The notes: generated from the letters alone by a model not told the origin. Numbered from the stretch's first letter, positions 21,526-32,261 are shown. The stretch: 64,000 bases of DNA from an uncultured Veillonella sp. (GCF_900545795.1 NZ_URAR01000003.1:2490-66489); one strand, 5' to 3'. A program made the numbers and translations.

Positions 21526-21702
21526 TCATATACTCTATCGTTTAGTCAACGGCCTTATAGGCCTTAACACTTTCTTATCTAAACGATTATAACATATTAC
21601 CATGCATGTATCTACTATAAAACTATGTAAAATAGTTTCTACTCTAAACAGTATCGACAAACATAGGACCTATATGTCTCTCTCATTTCTCGTATAAAAG
21701 GA

Positions 21703-22944
21703 TTATAAATTAGGGTACATTGGGTATTTTTCACAAAGTGCAGCTACGCGCTTACGAGCAACTTCATGTACATCCTTGTCTTCAGAATGTTTAAGAACAT
21801 CGGCAATAATGGAAGCAATTTCCTTCATATCCTCTTCGCCTAAACCACGAGTTGTCAAAGCTGGTGTGCCAAGACGAATACCACTCGTTACAAATGGGCT
21901 TTCAGGATCAAATGGAATCGTATTTTTATTGCAAGTAATACCTACTTCATCAAGAAGGAATTCAGCTACTTTACCAGTTAAACCACAGCTGCGAACATCC
22001 ACGAGCATAACATGTGTATCAGTACCACCGGATACAATTTTAAAGCCTTCTTTTGCCAGTGCATCAGCTAATACTTTGGCATTAGCTACTACGCGCTTCG
22101 CATATTCTTTAAATTCAGGTTGTAATGCTTCACCAAAAGCAACCGCTTTAGCTGCAATGACATGCATTAAAGGGCCCCCTTGAATGCCAGGGAAAATTGC
22201 TTTATCAATCGCTTTCGCATATTTTTCTTTACAAAGAATCATACCACCACGTGGGCCACGCAAAGTTTTATGTGTAGTAGTTGTTACAATATCAGCATAC
22301 TCTACTGGATTTGGATGTACACCAGCTGCCACAAGACCAGCGAAGTGAGCCATGTCTACCATGAAGATAGCATCTACTTCATGAGCGATATCAGCCATTT
22401 TTTTGAAGTCAATAATGCGAGAATATGCACTGCCACCACCAATAATAAGTTTTGGCTTAGTTTCAAGAGCAATTTTACGCATTTCATCATAATCAATCTC
22501 TTGAGTCTCTTCATCCACACCATAAGGTACGATATTGAAATAAGAACCAGATACATTCACTGGGGACCCATGAGTTAAATGTCCACCATGAGATAAATTC
22601 ATACCCATGATTGTGTCACCAGGTTGTAATAAAGCAAAATATACACCAAAATTAGCTTGCGAACCAGAATGAGGTTGCACGTTTACATGGTCAGCGCCAA
22701 ATAGTTTTTTAGCGCGTTCAATAGCTAATGTTTCTACCATGTCTACATATTCACAGCCACCATAATAGCGTTTACCAGAGTAGCCTTCCGCATATTTATT
22801 AGTCAATACACTGCCCTGTGCTTCCATAACTGCGGGAGATACGAAATTTTCAGACGCAATCATTTCAAGCTTATTGCGTTGACGACCTAATTCTAATTCA
22901 ATATACTTTGCGATTTCTGGATCTTGTACTTTTAATGTGCTCAT
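21703..22944 (-). CDS. glyA: serine hydroxymethyltransferase
   Basis: SHMT signature with PLP-lysine region [14 protein letters not shown]. Start at ATG 22944 (GGAGG 7 nt upstream). Confidence 0.95.
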   Translation of the reverse strand: MSTLKVQDPEIAKYIELELGRQRNKLEMIASENFVSPAVMEAQGSVLTNKYAEGYSGKRYYGGCEYVDMVETLAIERAKKLFGADHVNVQPHSGSQANFGVYFALLQPGDTIMGMNLSHGGHLTHGSPVNVSGSYFNIVPYGVDEETQEIDYDEMRKIALETKPKLIIGGGSAYSRIIDFKKMADIAHEVDAIFMVDMAHFAGLVAAGVHPNPVEYADIVTTTTHKTLRGPRGGMILCKEKYAKAIDKAIFPGIQGGPLMHVIAAKAVAFGEALQPEFKEYAKRVVANAKVLADALAKEGFKIVSGGTDTHVMLVDVRSCGLTGKVAEFLLDEVGITCNKNTIPFDPESPFVTSGIRLGTPALTTRGLGEEDMKEIASIIADVLKHSEDKDVHEVARKRVAALCEKYPMYPNL

Positions 22945-22983
22945 CACATTACCTCCTACAATTCTTGTTAACCTATTTCAAGC

Positions 22984-23427
22984 TTAGTTATGTTCTTCTA
23001 ACGCTGAAATTTTAGCAATACGACGCTCGTGGCGGCCACCTTCAAACTCAGTGGTTAACCAAATTTTAACAATATCACTAGCCAGTCCTGGACCAATAAC
23101 GCGTTCACCCATTGTTAATATGTTTGCATTATTGTGCTCCCGTGACGCATGAGCTGAAAAGGTATCATGGCATAAAGCAGCGCGAATACCTGGCACTTTA
23201 TTAGCAGCAATACCAATGCCAATGCCGGTACCACAAATTAATATACCTCGATCATATTCACCAGTGGCTACCGCTTGCGCTACTGGCGCGGAAATATCAG
23301 GATAATCTACTGAATCTTCTGAATGAGTCCCAAAGTCCTTATATTCCACTCCTAATGAATCTAATACAGGCTTAATAGCTTCTTTTAATCGAAATCCGCC
23401 ATGGTCTGCCCCAATCGCTACTTTCAT
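22984..23427 (-). CDS. rpiB: ribose-5-phosphate isomerase B
   Basis: 147 aa. RpiB/LacAB fold signature: [11 protein letters not shown]..., [10 protein letters not shown]. Confidence 0.9.
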   Translation of the reverse strand: MKVAIGADHGGFRLKEAIKPVLDSLGVEYKDFGTHSEDSVDYPDISAPVAQAVATGEYDRGILICGTGIGIGIAANKVPGIRAALCHDTFSAHASREHNNANILTMGERVIGPGLASDIVKIWLTTEFEGGRHERRIAKISALEEHN

Positions 23428-23624
23428 GAGTTCCTCCTAGTATATATTGATGTATATGCTACCAAATATGTAGCTTGCCTTTTGTTTTTATTATTATACT
23501 ATAGTTACGATGATTCTACTATGTATAATTTACACATTTGTCCTCTCCATCTATATAGTATTTTTATAATACATATGTCCAGCAGTAATATCCTTTGTAT
23601 ATTACTTGGATACCATCCATATAA

Positions 23625-23661
23625 ACGTAAAAAAGGATATAGCTTCTCTACAGCTATATCC
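23625..23661 (-). terminator. rho-independent terminator after the sua5-ywlE unit
   Basis: Perfect 10-bp stem GGATATAGCT/AGCTATATCC with a 7-nt loop. UUUUUU follows on the minus strand. Confidence 0.6.
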
Positions 23662-23726
23662 TTAATACTTTTTCCATCATTTAGTTTATTTCAAAACATC
23701 AAAGCAAAGTTAAACAAATAATAGAT

Positions 23727-24173
23727 TTACATTTTTTCAATAATATGAGGCCAACTTTTTTCAATAAGCGCCTCGATTTGCTTAGCACATTCTATATATT
23801 CTTCCTGTGTACCACCAAATGGATCCTGCACATCTTCACCAGTGCCAGCTAATTCGCCAAGACTCACAATTTTATCCTTTAAATTAGGAAATTGTCGCAA
23901 CAAAGTATTTTTGTGATCACTTGAAAGTCCTACCACTAAATCAGCGGCGTCAATAAGAGGAATGGAAAGTGGTCGTGTTTGATGACTGGAAATATCTACT
24001 AAGTCTTTCACGGCCTCTCGCGCATAAGGTGATACAGTACCACCAGGAACACAGAATAAGCCTGCAGACAAAGTCACAATATTCTGTTGTTCCTTCTCCG
24101 CTTTAGCGCGAAGCAAACCTTCTGCCATAGGGCTACGGCAAGTATTGCCGGTACAAACAAATAATATATTCAT
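23727..24173 (-). CDS. low-molecular-weight protein-tyrosine/arginine phosphatase (YwlE-like)
   Basis: Start reassigned to ATG 24173 (MNILFVCTGNTCRSPMAEG..., P-loop CX5R). RBS GAAGAGG. Conserved position next to sua5 and rpiB, as in the B. subtilis ywlC-ywlE-ywlF cluster. Confidence 0.8.
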   Translation of the reverse strand: MNILFVCTGNTCRSPMAEGLLRAKAEKEQQNIVTLSAGLFCVPGGTVSPYAREAVKDLVDISSHQTRPLSIPLIDAADLVVGLSSDHKNTLLRQFPNLKDKIVSLGELAGTGEDVQDPFGGTQEEYIECAKQIEALIEKSWPHIIEKM

Positions 24174-24261
24174 AATACAACCTCTTCTACATAAAATTAA
24201 AAGCAATATTTTATGATACAAGTGCACCAAGATACTGTGACACTATCGATACGCTTACACT

Positions 24262-24415
24262 AGCCTACTGCTAAGCTATCAGTAAAGTACCAATAATCTG
24301 CTCAAAACTATCAGTAAGCGCCCAACAAACTACCACTAAGCTTCTAATAAGCTACTGCTAAGTTACCAATAACTTACTACTAAACTTCTGTCAAATTACT
24401 AAGTGGCCAATAAGT
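24262..24415. repeat. degenerate repeats (CTACTGCTAAG / TACCAATAA motifs) in the sua5-ywlE spacer
   Basis: Two copies of an approximately 55-65-bp unit with internal sub-repeats. Confidence 0.45.
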
Positions 24416-24420
24416 ATACA

Positions 24421-25815
24421 TTAGATATAAAATACTTGGTGCGCACTGGCTTTATCTAAGCGATTCATAATGGCCTTGCCTAGCCCTTCTGGCTTAACAC
24501 CAGTAGCAAAAATACGAGTTACCTTAGCTTCATTGAACTCCAATAACGAACGATATAATTTGCGAGCTAAACTTTTATAGTCAGAAGACTTGCCATACAC
24601 AATTAGATGATAAGGCAAAGCGAAATGGTCCAGCGTCCCCTTTAATTCAGCAGCTACCTCTTCACTCACCAAAAGACCAATTTTATCAGCTTCACTAAAT
24701 GGAGTGACAGCCACTTTAAACTGCGATGAATCTTTATAGTCTATCATACAGGACACAAAACGTCCTCTAGTCTCTAATACTTCACCTAATGCCTTACTGA
24801 GTTCCTTATTAGTCCCTACAAGAGTGATTAAATTAGCATTAGGTGCATAGTGCTTATATTTCATGCCTGGTGCCTTAGGGGCTACTTCAGGAGCCGTAAG
24901 AGCTTCGTCAAAATCAACTTGCCCTTCACCTAATACAGCTTCTAGCATAGCCTTCGTAATCGCCCCAGGACGTAAAATTGTAACACCCTTAGCATGGCAT
25001 TCTACAATCGTCGACTCTAGACCTACCTCACAAGGGCCAGCATCAGCAATGGCTTCAATGCGTCCTTTCATATCCTCATATACATCAGAGGCTGTCGTAG
25101 GACTAGGCCGTCCCGATATATTAGCACTTGGGGCCGCCACCGGCACACCAGCAGCTAATAAAATCTGGCGACAAATCTCATGATCTGGGCAGCGTAAAGC
25201 TACATTTAAGAGACCACCTGTAGCGCGCAAAGGCACTGCCTCTGACTTAGGCATAATAATAGTTAAAGGGCCTGGCCAAAAAACCTCCATCAATCGCTTA
25301 GCTACTAATGGTACTTCTTGTACTAGAGGAGCCACAGCCTCGCTATTAGGAACATGCAAAATGAGAGGATTATCTGATGGTCGCCCTTTGGCCTCATAAA
25401 TGCGCCCCATAGCCACTTCATCTAAGCCATTGGCACCTAAGCCGTATACCGTTTCAGTGGGAATGGCTACCAATTTCCCCTCTTGAAGCAGCTGCCCTAA
25501 TTCAGCAATTACTTCTGGCGTAAAGTCTTTATAAATTACCGTCTCTACATCAAAGTCTGCTAGCACACCAGGGGCTAGATTATCAACAGTGCGTTTTGCT
25601 GTTTGACTAGCTGATTGTACTTGATTATCTATTTTTACTTGATTATCTATTTTTACTTGATTATCTATTTTTACTTGATTATCTGTACTTATTTGATTAT
25701 CTGCTCTTTTTTGATTATCTGCTCTTTTTTGATTATCTAGATTAGTTTGATTCTCTTCTTTTACTTGATTATCTACTTCAGTTTGATTGTCTTCTTTTAC
25801 TTCTTGATTACTCAT
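24421..25815 (-). CDS. tsaC: L-threonylcarbamoyladenylate synthase (Sua5/TsaC/YwlC) with an N-terminal hexapeptide-repeat extension
   Basis: YrdC domain (LVAIPTETVYGLGANGLDEVAMGRIYEAKGRPSDNPLILHV) plus a Sua5 C-terminal domain. The first ~72 aa are 11 xxxDNQ repeats. Follows prmC, as in the Firmicutes prfA-prmC-ywlC arrangement. Confidence 0.8.
   Translation of the reverse strand: MSNQEVKEDNQTEVDNQVKEENQTNLDNQKRADNQKRADNQISTDNQVKIDNQVKIDNQVKIDNQVQSASQTAKRTVDNLAPGVLADFDVETVIYKDFTPEVIAELGQLLQEGKLVAIPTETVYGLGANGLDEVAMGRIYEAKGRPSDNPLILHVPNSEAVAPLVQEVPLVAKRLMEVFWPGPLTIIMPKSEAVPLRATGGLLNVALRCPDHEICRQILLAAGVPVAAPSANISGRPSPTTASDVYEDMKGRIEAIADAGPCEVGLESTIVECHAKGVTILRPGAITKAMLEAVLGEGQVDFDEALTAPEVAPKAPGMKYKHYAPNANLITLVGTNKELSKALGEVLETRGRFVSCMIDYKDSSQFKVAVTPFSEADKIGLLVSEEVAAELKGTLDHFALPYHLIVYGKSSDYKSLARKLYRSLLEFNEAKVTRIFATGVKPEGLGKAIMNRLDKASAHQVFYI
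25603..25815 (-). repeat. 18-bp coding tandem repeat (TTGATTATCTNNNNNNNN) of about 11 copies, 3 of them identical
   Basis: ttgattatctatttttac occurs 3 times exactly at 25621-25674, followed by 8 diverged copies. Encodes VKIDNQ-type hexapeptides. Confidence 0.85.
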
Positions 25816-25854
25816 CCAGTTATTTCGACCTCCCCATAATGGGTCTCTTGTTCG

Positions 25855-26733
25855 TTATTTCTTATTCCACCGCAAGGCCCGTACTATGCCTCCTAAATCT
25901 TTAGTCATAGTAACTTCACCATAGGCACCAGTTGCCTTTGCTAGTTCGATTATTTCAGATTCTTGGCCAATGCCAATCTCAAAGGCTAAGAAGCCACCTG
26001 ATCTTAAAAACTGTGGTGCCTTTGCTAAAAGCTGTCTATAAAAATCAAGACCATCTTCACCACCATCTAAGGCAATATGAGGCTCATTTAAAACTTCTGG
26101 AGCCAAATCCGCCATATCCTTACTCGGAATATAAGGTGGATTTGACACGATAACATCAAAGGCTTCTTTATACGTATTCACATCAGTTTCTAAAGCAGTC
26201 AACATATCTGATTGCCATAATTTAGCGCGCTCAGTTAATTGAAGCTGCTCCCGATTAATAGCTGCCATCTGCAAGGCTTCTTTTGAAATATCTAGGCCAA
26301 GGCCTGTCGCCTTTGGTAAATAATGCAATAAGCTATATAAAATAGTGCCCGGACCTGTGCAAACATCCAATATATAGGGCGCTGCCTCAGGTGAAATTTG
26401 ACTCAATAAATCTTCAATAATCGTCTCTGTATCAGGACGCGGTATGAGCACATCTTTAGAAACAGAAAACATAAGACCCATGAATTCTTTCTTCCCAGTT
26501 ACAGCAGCTACACTATAACCACTGGCGCGCTCTACGACTAAAGGGCGAAACTTATCTAGTTCCTCCTTTGTCATAGGCTTATCATAATGAGTATATAAAT
26601 AAATTCGATCGACGCCTAAAACGTGAGAAAGCAGTACTTCCCCATCCAAGCGACTTGATTCGACGCCTTTGGTGTGAAAATACTGCTCTGTCCATTGGAG
26701 CAGTCGACCTATAGTCCAAAGCTCCTTAGGCAT
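25855..26733 (-). CDS. prmC: release factor glutamine N5-methyltransferase PrmC (HemK)
   Basis: NPPY motif (VSNPPYIPS) and SAM-binding LDVCTGPG. Start ATG 26733 overlaps the prfA stop by 8 nt. Confidence 0.85.
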   Translation of the reverse strand: MPKELWTIGRLLQWTEQYFHTKGVESSRLDGEVLLSHVLGVDRIYLYTHYDKPMTKEELDKFRPLVVERASGYSVAAVTGKKEFMGLMFSVSKDVLIPRPDTETIIEDLLSQISPEAAPYILDVCTGPGTILYSLLHYLPKATGLGLDISKEALQMAAINREQLQLTERAKLWQSDMLTALETDVNTYKEAFDVIVSNPPYIPSKDMADLAPEVLNEPHIALDGGEDGLDFYRQLLAKAPQFLRSGGFLAFEIGIGQESEIIELAKATGAYGEVTMTKDLGGIVRALRWNKK

Positions 26734-27811
26734 TGTTATCCGTCTCCTGCATCTTAGCTGCTTGATCAGCTGCAATTAGCGCTTGAATTAATTCATCTAA
26801 ATCGCCATTTAAAACTTGATCTAATTTATAAAGGGTTAAATTGATGCGATGATCAGTAACACGGCCTTGAGGGAAATTATAGGTACGAATACGCTCGCTT
26901 CGATCCCCAGTCCCTACTTGACTCTTACGATCTGCTGCTAAGCTAGCAGCCGCTTCTTGTTCCGCTTTATCTTGCAACTTCGCACGTAAAACGCGCATTG
27001 CCTTATCTTTATTTTTTAATTGTGAACGTTCATCCTGACAAGCTACTACGATACCAGTTGGTTTATGCGTAATACGTACAGCTGATTCCGTACGGTTAAC
27101 GTGCTGTCCACCAGCGCCACTGGCACAATATGTATCAATTTGTAAATCTTTGTCATTAATTTCAATATCCACATCTTCTGCTTCAGGAAGTACCGCTACA
27201 GTCACTGTAGACGTGTGAATACGACCGGATGATTCAGTTTCTGGTACGCGCTGTACACGATGTACACCAGATTCAAACTTAAGCTTAGAATAAGCGCTGT
27301 TCCCATCTACAGAGAACACCACTTCTTTAAAGCCGCCCAATTCTGGCGCATTAGAATCAATAATTTCACAACGCCAACCTTGAGCTTCTGCATACTTAGT
27401 ATACATGCGGAATAAATCCCCCGCAAAGAGAGCCGCTTCATCGCCGCCAGCACCACCGCGAATTTCCACAATAACGTTTTTATCATCATTAGGATCTTTA
27501 GGTAATAAGAGAATATGCAAGCGTTCTTCTAACTCTTCTTTCTTCTCTTTAAGTTCCTTAAGTTCTTCCTGTGCCATTTCACGAAATTCTTCATCCATGG
27601 ACTTATCTTCTAATACTTCAAGAGCTTCATCAATCCCTGCTAAGGTTTGTTTGTACTCTCTAAAAGCAGTTACTGTCTCCGTAAGACTAGCATGTTGGCG
27701 CGTAAGTTTTTGCCACTCTTGTTGACGGGCAATTACCTCAGGGTCACTAATGCGCTGTTCCAAGTCCATATATTTATCTTCAATTACTTGTAGTTTATCA
27801 ACTAATACCAT
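26726..27811 (-). CDS. prfA: peptide chain release factor 1
   Basis: 361 aa. GGQ motif ([19 protein letters not shown]) and PxT-region. Confidence 0.95.
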   Translation of the reverse strand: MVLVDKLQVIEDKYMDLEQRISDPEVIARQQEWQKLTRQHASLTETVTAFREYKQTLAGIDEALEVLEDKSMDEEFREMAQEELKELKEKKEELEERLHILLLPKDPNDDKNVIVEIRGGAGGDEAALFAGDLFRMYTKYAEAQGWRCEIIDSNAPELGGFKEVVFSVDGNSAYSKLKFESGVHRVQRVPETESSGRIHTSTVTVAVLPEAEDVDIEINDKDLQIDTYCASGAGGQHVNRTESAVRITHKPTGIVVACQDERSQLKNKDKAMRVLRAKLQDKAEQEAAASLAADRKSQVGTGDRSERIRTYNFPQGRVTDHRINLTLYKLDQVLNGDLDELIQALIAADQAAKMQETDNNA

Positions 27812-27846
27812 CGAAAAAGATACCCCTTTCAGGTGTTAACTAACGC

Positions 27847-28749
27847 TTAACTTTCGTACGCTTCTGCTTCACTTGGGCGCACTGCTTCTAGGGCTCTAAT
27901 GGCCACTTCAATTTGATCATCCTCTGGCTCACGAGTTGTCATATACTGCAACCACAAACCCGGTGTGATGAGGAATTTTACAAAGCCATTTTCACTGCGA
28001 CCAGCTAAACGAATTAATTCATACGCAATCCCTGCCACTACAGGCATGAGTACTACACGTGATACAATTCGCTCCCATAAACTAGGCCAGCCCAAGAAGG
28101 CAAAAACAAAAATACTGGTCACCATTACTATCAACAAGAAATTAGTGCCACAACGAGCATGTAATCTTGAATGGCGACGCACATTTTCCACGGTTAATGG
28201 CATGTCATTTTCATAAGTATGAATCGTCTTATGTTCAGCCCCATGATATTGAAACACGCGCTGAATATCCTTAGTCTGTCCAATGCCCCAAATATAGGCT
28301 AAAAACAAGACTAAACGTATACAACCTTCAATTATATTTAGTAAGAAATGATTATCTCCTATGCCAGGAATAAGTTTTGCTGCATAAGTTGGCAAGGCTA
28401 AAAACAAGCCAATCGCCACTACAGTTGAAAATGCCATAGTCAGAGCAATCTCTTTATTAGTCATTTCTTCTTCCTCTTCACCGGCCGCTTTCGCTGAAAA
28501 CGCTAAGGCTTTCATGCCGATAACCAAGGATTCATATAGGGCTACACAGCCGCGTAACATAGGTTTCTTCAAAATAGGATACTTGTCACTAATGGACGAA
28601 GTCGTATAAGAATCGACCACAATATTGCCATCTGGCTCGCGCACTGCTGTAGCTGTATATCTTGGGCCACGCATCATTACACCTTCAATGACGGCCTGGC
28701 CTCCAACAAATTTCTTAACTCTTTTTTCTTCCAAAGCGTCTCCTCCCAT
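27847..28749 (-). CDS. DUF1385 domain-containing membrane protein (YqhQ-like)
   Basis: VGGQAVIEGVMMRG N-terminal DUF1385 signature followed by transmembrane segments. Exact start uncertain (TTG 28755 or ATG 28749); no clear SD. Confidence 0.55.
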   Translation of the reverse strand: MGGDALEEKRVKKFVGGQAVIEGVMMRGPRYTATAVREPDGNIVVDSYTTSSISDKYPILKKPMLRGCVALYESLVIGMKALAFSAKAAGEEEEEMTNKEIALTMAFSTVVAIGLFLALPTYAAKLIPGIGDNHFLLNIIEGCIRLVLFLAYIWGIGQTKDIQRVFQYHGAEHKTIHTYENDMPLTVENVRRHSRLHARCGTNFLLIVMVTSIFVFAFLGWPSLWERIVSRVVLMPVVAGIAYELIRLAGRSENGFVKFLITPGLWLQYMTTREPEDDQIEVAIRALEAVRPSEAEAYES

Positions 28750-28756
28750 AAACAAA

Positions 28757-28784
28757 TATAGGCAGAGCCGAAGCTCTGCCGTAT
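28757..28784 (-). terminator. terminator of rpmE with UUCG tetraloop
   Basis: On the minus strand GGCAGAGC-UUCG-GCUCUGCC followed by UAUAUUUGUUU. Lies only about 11 nt before the DUF1385 start. Confidence 0.5.
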
Positions 28785-28809
28785 TATTTGTATAGCTAGA
28801 CTACAGTAA

Positions 28810-29007
28810 TTATTTACCGTAACGCTTGTTGAATTGTTCGATACGACCGCGAGCTTGAGCAGTACGTTGCTGTCCTGTGAAGAACGGATGGCAGTTGGAG
28901 CAAACGTCAACGCGAAGATCATTCTTAACAGAACCAGTTTTAAATGTATTGCCACAGCCACATGTTACGGTAGCTTCACCATAATTAGGATGAATTCCTT
29001 CTTTCAT
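28810..29007 (-). CDS. rpmE: 50S ribosomal protein L31
   Basis: MKEGIHPNY... with a C4 zinc ribbon (CGCG...CSNCHP). Start trimmed to ATG 29007 (RBS AAAGAGGTG). Confidence 0.9.
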   Translation of the reverse strand: MKEGIHPNYGEATVTCGCGNTFKTGSVKNDLRVDVCSNCHPFFTGQQRTAQARGRIEQFNKRYGK

Positions 29008-29096
29008 TCTATACACCTCTTTCCACTGTCCAAAACTATGCTTATTGATTATATCATGGTCAATCACTTAATGCAACTAAAGAAGAAAAATTATTC

Positions 29097-29396
29097 TTAT
29101 TCCCCTGCTTGTTCAGCCGCTTTCTCAGCGGCCTTAGCTTCAGCGCGCTCTTTAAGCGATTCTTCCATGGCTTCTTCTAAATCTACTTCATTTAATAAAT
29201 CGCGAAGTGCAATGATTTCTTCCAAAGATAAAGTAATGCCTTTAGTCATACCATTGTATTCGCTATCCCAAGAGCGAAGGTCAAATTTTGGGTTATAACG
29301 TCCCCAACTTGTGCAAGTTAATTGCTTCTTCCAACCATCTTTATTTTCAGATAAAGTGCCTAATACTTTATATATTTCAAAATTTACAACTGCCAT
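29097..29396 (-). CDS. YdbC/PC4-like ssDNA-binding protein (DUF2128)
   Basis: 99 aa. Resembles B. subtilis YdbC by recall (N-terminal FEI.K..LSEN..GW.K.L....W....PKFDLR.W, then GITLS.EE). Acidic C-terminal tail. Confidence 0.55.
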   Translation of the reverse strand: MAVVNFEIYKVLGTLSENKDGWKKQLTCTSWGRYNPKFDLRSWDSEYNGMTKGITLSLEEIIALRDLLNEVDLEEAMEESLKERAEAKAAEKAAEQAGE

Positions 29397-29459
29397 AGTA
29401 TCCCTCCTCGTCTATTGTTATACTGTAGCTTAATTACTTAGGTCTGTCAATTTAGATTT

Positions 29460-31037
29460 TTATTTTTTATCAAATCGCATAGTGTCTGGAATTATGCCTT
29501 CACTCAATGAATCGATTTGCATCTCATATTTAGACTTAATCGCTACAAGCTCCTGTTCATAAGCAGTGGCTGCCGCCTTCAATGCTGTAGTCAATTCATT
29601 TAAGCCCTCTTCTTTTACTATTTGACGACGTATACTGCCCATCAACTGCAATAAAGCAGGCGTAGAAATGACCATTTGAGCTAATGTTTTTAAAATAATT
29701 TTCCCTTTTTCACTGCTAAAGAAGGCATGCCATAAAAAAGCCGCTCGTTCATCAGGGAAAAACCAATACGATTCTGCTTCACTCATCGTAGGCAGGCTTT
29801 CATTTACAATGGCATCATAGGCCTCTTCAGTCATAGACGCTGTAAAGTCACGTTTTGGTTCCACTACTTCAAGGGATATAGTCACATCAGTGCCTTTTCG
29901 TTTTACCAATAACTTCATGCCACCAGCGGCATACATAAGTTTTTGACGATACGCAGGCAATTTGCTGTCCACCGTCATGTAACCGTCTTCACCAAGGGTT
30001 GGCAATTGAGCTTGCAAAGCTGGTGCAATGCCACAAAGAGACAATCCATAAGCCACTAGCGAGAACGTATCCATGCTAGCTAGTACTTCATGAGGCAAAG
30101 CAATAAATGGCGTAGTTCGCACCATACTCCCCGGAGTCACGCCTTGGCTAGCAATCCCGTCTGCAACAAGTTCAGCTATTTCAAGTCTAACTTTTTTGAT
30201 GTCATGATTTGTATAAGCAAATTCATACACACCTAAAGGCGCCCATTCACGCACTACTTCCAAGCGCTTTTGCAAGAGCATAAATTGAATGGCCATGCGA
30301 TTAACACCCATTTGATCTTGCACAGCACTAATAGGAATTAAAAAATGAGCCGTTCCCTCCGGTGTAATATTGCCTACGCGCAATGCTAATTCTTCCATAA
30401 TAGCTACTGGTGCACGGAAAAGCCCCGTAGTAGCTGCTACAATATGGTCAAATACTACATCTTCTGGCCAATCAGTAATGACAGGTGCCAAAGGATATAA
30501 TGCTTTTATCATATGAGCTGTTGCCTCAGACACAACATATAATAACAAGCGCTCCATTGGAATTTGCTTCATAATAAAAGGCAAGAGATCTAAATACTCT
30601 TCTACATAAGCAAATAAAATCATTCCTTCACTTGTCGCTAATGTCTCTACAATACGCTCCAACGGTTCTCGTAAAAGTGCCCCACCAGCGAGGCCTTCAC
30701 TGTACCCCGTTTCACTTACAATCCTAGGTAATGAACCACTGTCTTTTTCATTAGGAATAGACATTATATAGACTTGCTTTACTGCTTCGCGATCAACTAA
30801 CACTTCATTAAATGGCAAAGGGCCAAAATCAGCTTCCGTCGCCTTAGCAGCATCAAATAAATCCTGTACATCTACAGTGTCTGGTGCCTCTTTATACGCC
30901 GGATGTGCCTCTTCAAGTATATGTTTCATCGCTATACAGCGGATAATCTCATTAATTACATTCTCGCCTCGTATCCCTAGTGCTTCATAGGGTTGTAACG
31001 AGAATTTACGAAGCTGGCTATTTTTTATTTCAGTCAT
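29460..31037 (-). CDS. uncharacterized 525-aa cytoplasmic protein (no recognisable family)
   Basis: Long uninterrupted ORF with consistent codon usage, 3 nt downstream of nth in the same orientation. No TM segments or known motifs identified by eye. Confidence 0.5.
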   Translation of the reverse strand: MTEIKNSQLRKFSLQPYEALGIRGENVINEIIRCIAMKHILEEAHPAYKEAPDTVDVQDLFDAAKATEADFGPLPFNEVLVDREAVKQVYIMSIPNEKDSGSLPRIVSETGYSEGLAGGALLREPLERIVETLATSEGMILFAYVEEYLDLLPFIMKQIPMERLLLYVVSEATAHMIKALYPLAPVITDWPEDVVFDHIVAATTGLFRAPVAIMEELALRVGNITPEGTAHFLIPISAVQDQMGVNRMAIQFMLLQKRLEVVREWAPLGVYEFAYTNHDIKKVRLEIAELVADGIASQGVTPGSMVRTTPFIALPHEVLASMDTFSLVAYGLSLCGIAPALQAQLPTLGEDGYMTVDSKLPAYRQKLMYAAGGMKLLVKRKGTDVTISLEVVEPKRDFTASMTEEAYDAIVNESLPTMSEAESYWFFPDERAAFLWHAFFSSEKGKIILKTLAQMVISTPALLQLMGSIRRQIVKEEGLNELTTALKAAATAYEQELVAIKSKYEMQIDSLSEGIIPDTMRFDKK

Positions 31038-31040
31038 TCA

Positions 31041-31676
31041 TTATTCCTTTCCTGCCGAAGGGCACACCTGAGCCAATGGGCATTCGCCACATAAAGGCTT
31101 GCGCGCCTTACATATTTTACGTCCATGCCAAATAATCCAATGATGAGCGGCACTCCATTTATCCATAGGGATGGCCTTCTTCAGTTTCTCCTCTACCTCA
31201 TCAGGAGTTTTGCCACGAGCTAGACCCAATCGATTGGATACGCGAAATACATGTGTATCTACGGCAATGGCCGGGGTATTAAACAATACAGAAATCAATA
31301 CATTAGCAGTTTTTCGCCCTACCCCTGGCAAGGTAACTAACTCATCAAACTGTTCTGGCACCTCGCCATGGTATTTTTCTAATAATATTTGGCAGGTTTT
31401 TATTAAATTCGCCGCCTTAGCACGATACAGACCACAGTCGCGAATCAACACTTCTAACTTAGGAACACCTAAGGCTAACATTTTAGCGGGATGATCATAC
31501 GCTGGAAACAAGCGCTTAGTAATAATATTTACGCGCTCATCTGTGCATTGTGCGGACAAAACAACGGCTACTAATAACTCAAAGGGATTATTATAGTCAA
31601 GAGCTACCTTCGCATCTTTATATACAGTTTCTAATATATGAATTTGTTCACTTTTTATCGCTTTTGTTACGCGCAT
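31041..31676 (-). CDS. nth: endonuclease III (DNA-(apurinic or apyrimidinic site) lyase)
   Basis: HhH-GPD motif LPGVGRKTANV and the [4Fe-4S] cluster loop CX6CX2CX5C (CKARKPLCGECPLAQVC). Start at ATG 31676 (GGAG 6 nt upstream) preferred over the TTG at 31688. Confidence 0.9.
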   Translation of the reverse strand: MRVTKAIKSEQIHILETVYKDAKVALDYNNPFELLVAVVLSAQCTDERVNIITKRLFPAYDHPAKMLALGVPKLEVLIRDCGLYRAKAANLIKTCQILLEKYHGEVPEQFDELVTLPGVGRKTANVLISVLFNTPAIAVDTHVFRVSNRLGLARGKTPDEVEEKLKKAIPMDKWSAAHHWIIWHGRKICKARKPLCGECPLAQVCPSAGKE

Positions 31677-31774
31677 ATTTATCTCCAACTTTGAAATTAT
31701 ATAATAACAATACTTTATTATAGCACTATATTTTCGAATTTATCAAAATTTTACCACCTAGTATGTGCTGTATC

Positions 31775-31895
31775 AAATCTAATATCTGCCCTATCTATTC
31801 TAGTACCTACTGTATCTAATTTAAAGCTACTCTATCTATTTTAAATCTAATCTATCTATTTTAAATCTACTCTACCTATTTTAGTAGCTTCTGTC
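31775..31895. repeat. tandem repeat array, approximately 20-bp period (CTCTATCTATTTTAAAT)
   Basis: ctactctatctattttaaat / ctaatctatctattttaaat / ctactctacctattttagta plus degenerate flanking copies, in the divergent region between nth and the DUF896 gene. Confidence 0.6.
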
Positions 31896-31985
31896 TTATA
31901 TCTGACTTTTATAAGATAAAAAATACAACACTCTCATAGCATTTACAAAGTATGGTATAATTGAAAATATAAATAGGAGGTCTCT

Positions 31986-32204
31986 ATGAATATAAATGAT
32001 ACATTAAAACGAATTAATGAATTAGCACATAAAAAGAAATCTGGTATTCCTTTAACTGAAGAAGAACTAGCTGAAAAAAAAGAACTCTATGCTGTGTACC
32101 TAAGCTTCATTCGCAATCAAGTGAAAGATCAATTAGACCGTATTGAATTTGTAGATGAAGAACCTAGTTCCAACACATCAAAAACAGACAAAAAACTAAA
32201 CTAA
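31986..32204 (+). CDS. DUF896/UPF0291 family protein (YnzC-like)
   Basis: 72 aa. INELAHKKKSGIPLTEEELAEKKELYAVYL resembles B. subtilis YnzC by recall. RBS AGGAGG. Confidence 0.65.
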   Translation: MNINDTLKRINELAHKKKSGIPLTEEELAEKKELYAVYLSFIRNQVKDQLDRIEFVDEEPSSNTSKTDKKLN

Positions 32205-32210
32205 ACAAAA

Positions 32211-32258
32211 AGACAGGTCCCCTACTAGCTTATAGCCTAGCAGAACCTGTCTTTTATT
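32211..32258. terminator. bidirectional terminator between the DUF896 gene and the aminotransferase
   Basis: AAAGACAGGT...ACCTGTCTTTT stem with flanking A and T runs. Confidence 0.55.
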
Positions 32259-32261
32259 ATG

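Noticed and set aside
21553-21575. GGCC-TTATA-GGCC mini-palindrome between upp and glyA
   Set aside because: Only a 4-bp stem. Too weak to be a terminator or operator.
23401-23721. 106-aa plus-strand ORF in the rpiB/ywlE intergenic region
   Set aside because: AT-rich with no RBS. It spans a clear minus-strand terminator hairpin (23635-23661). More likely promoter or terminator DNA.
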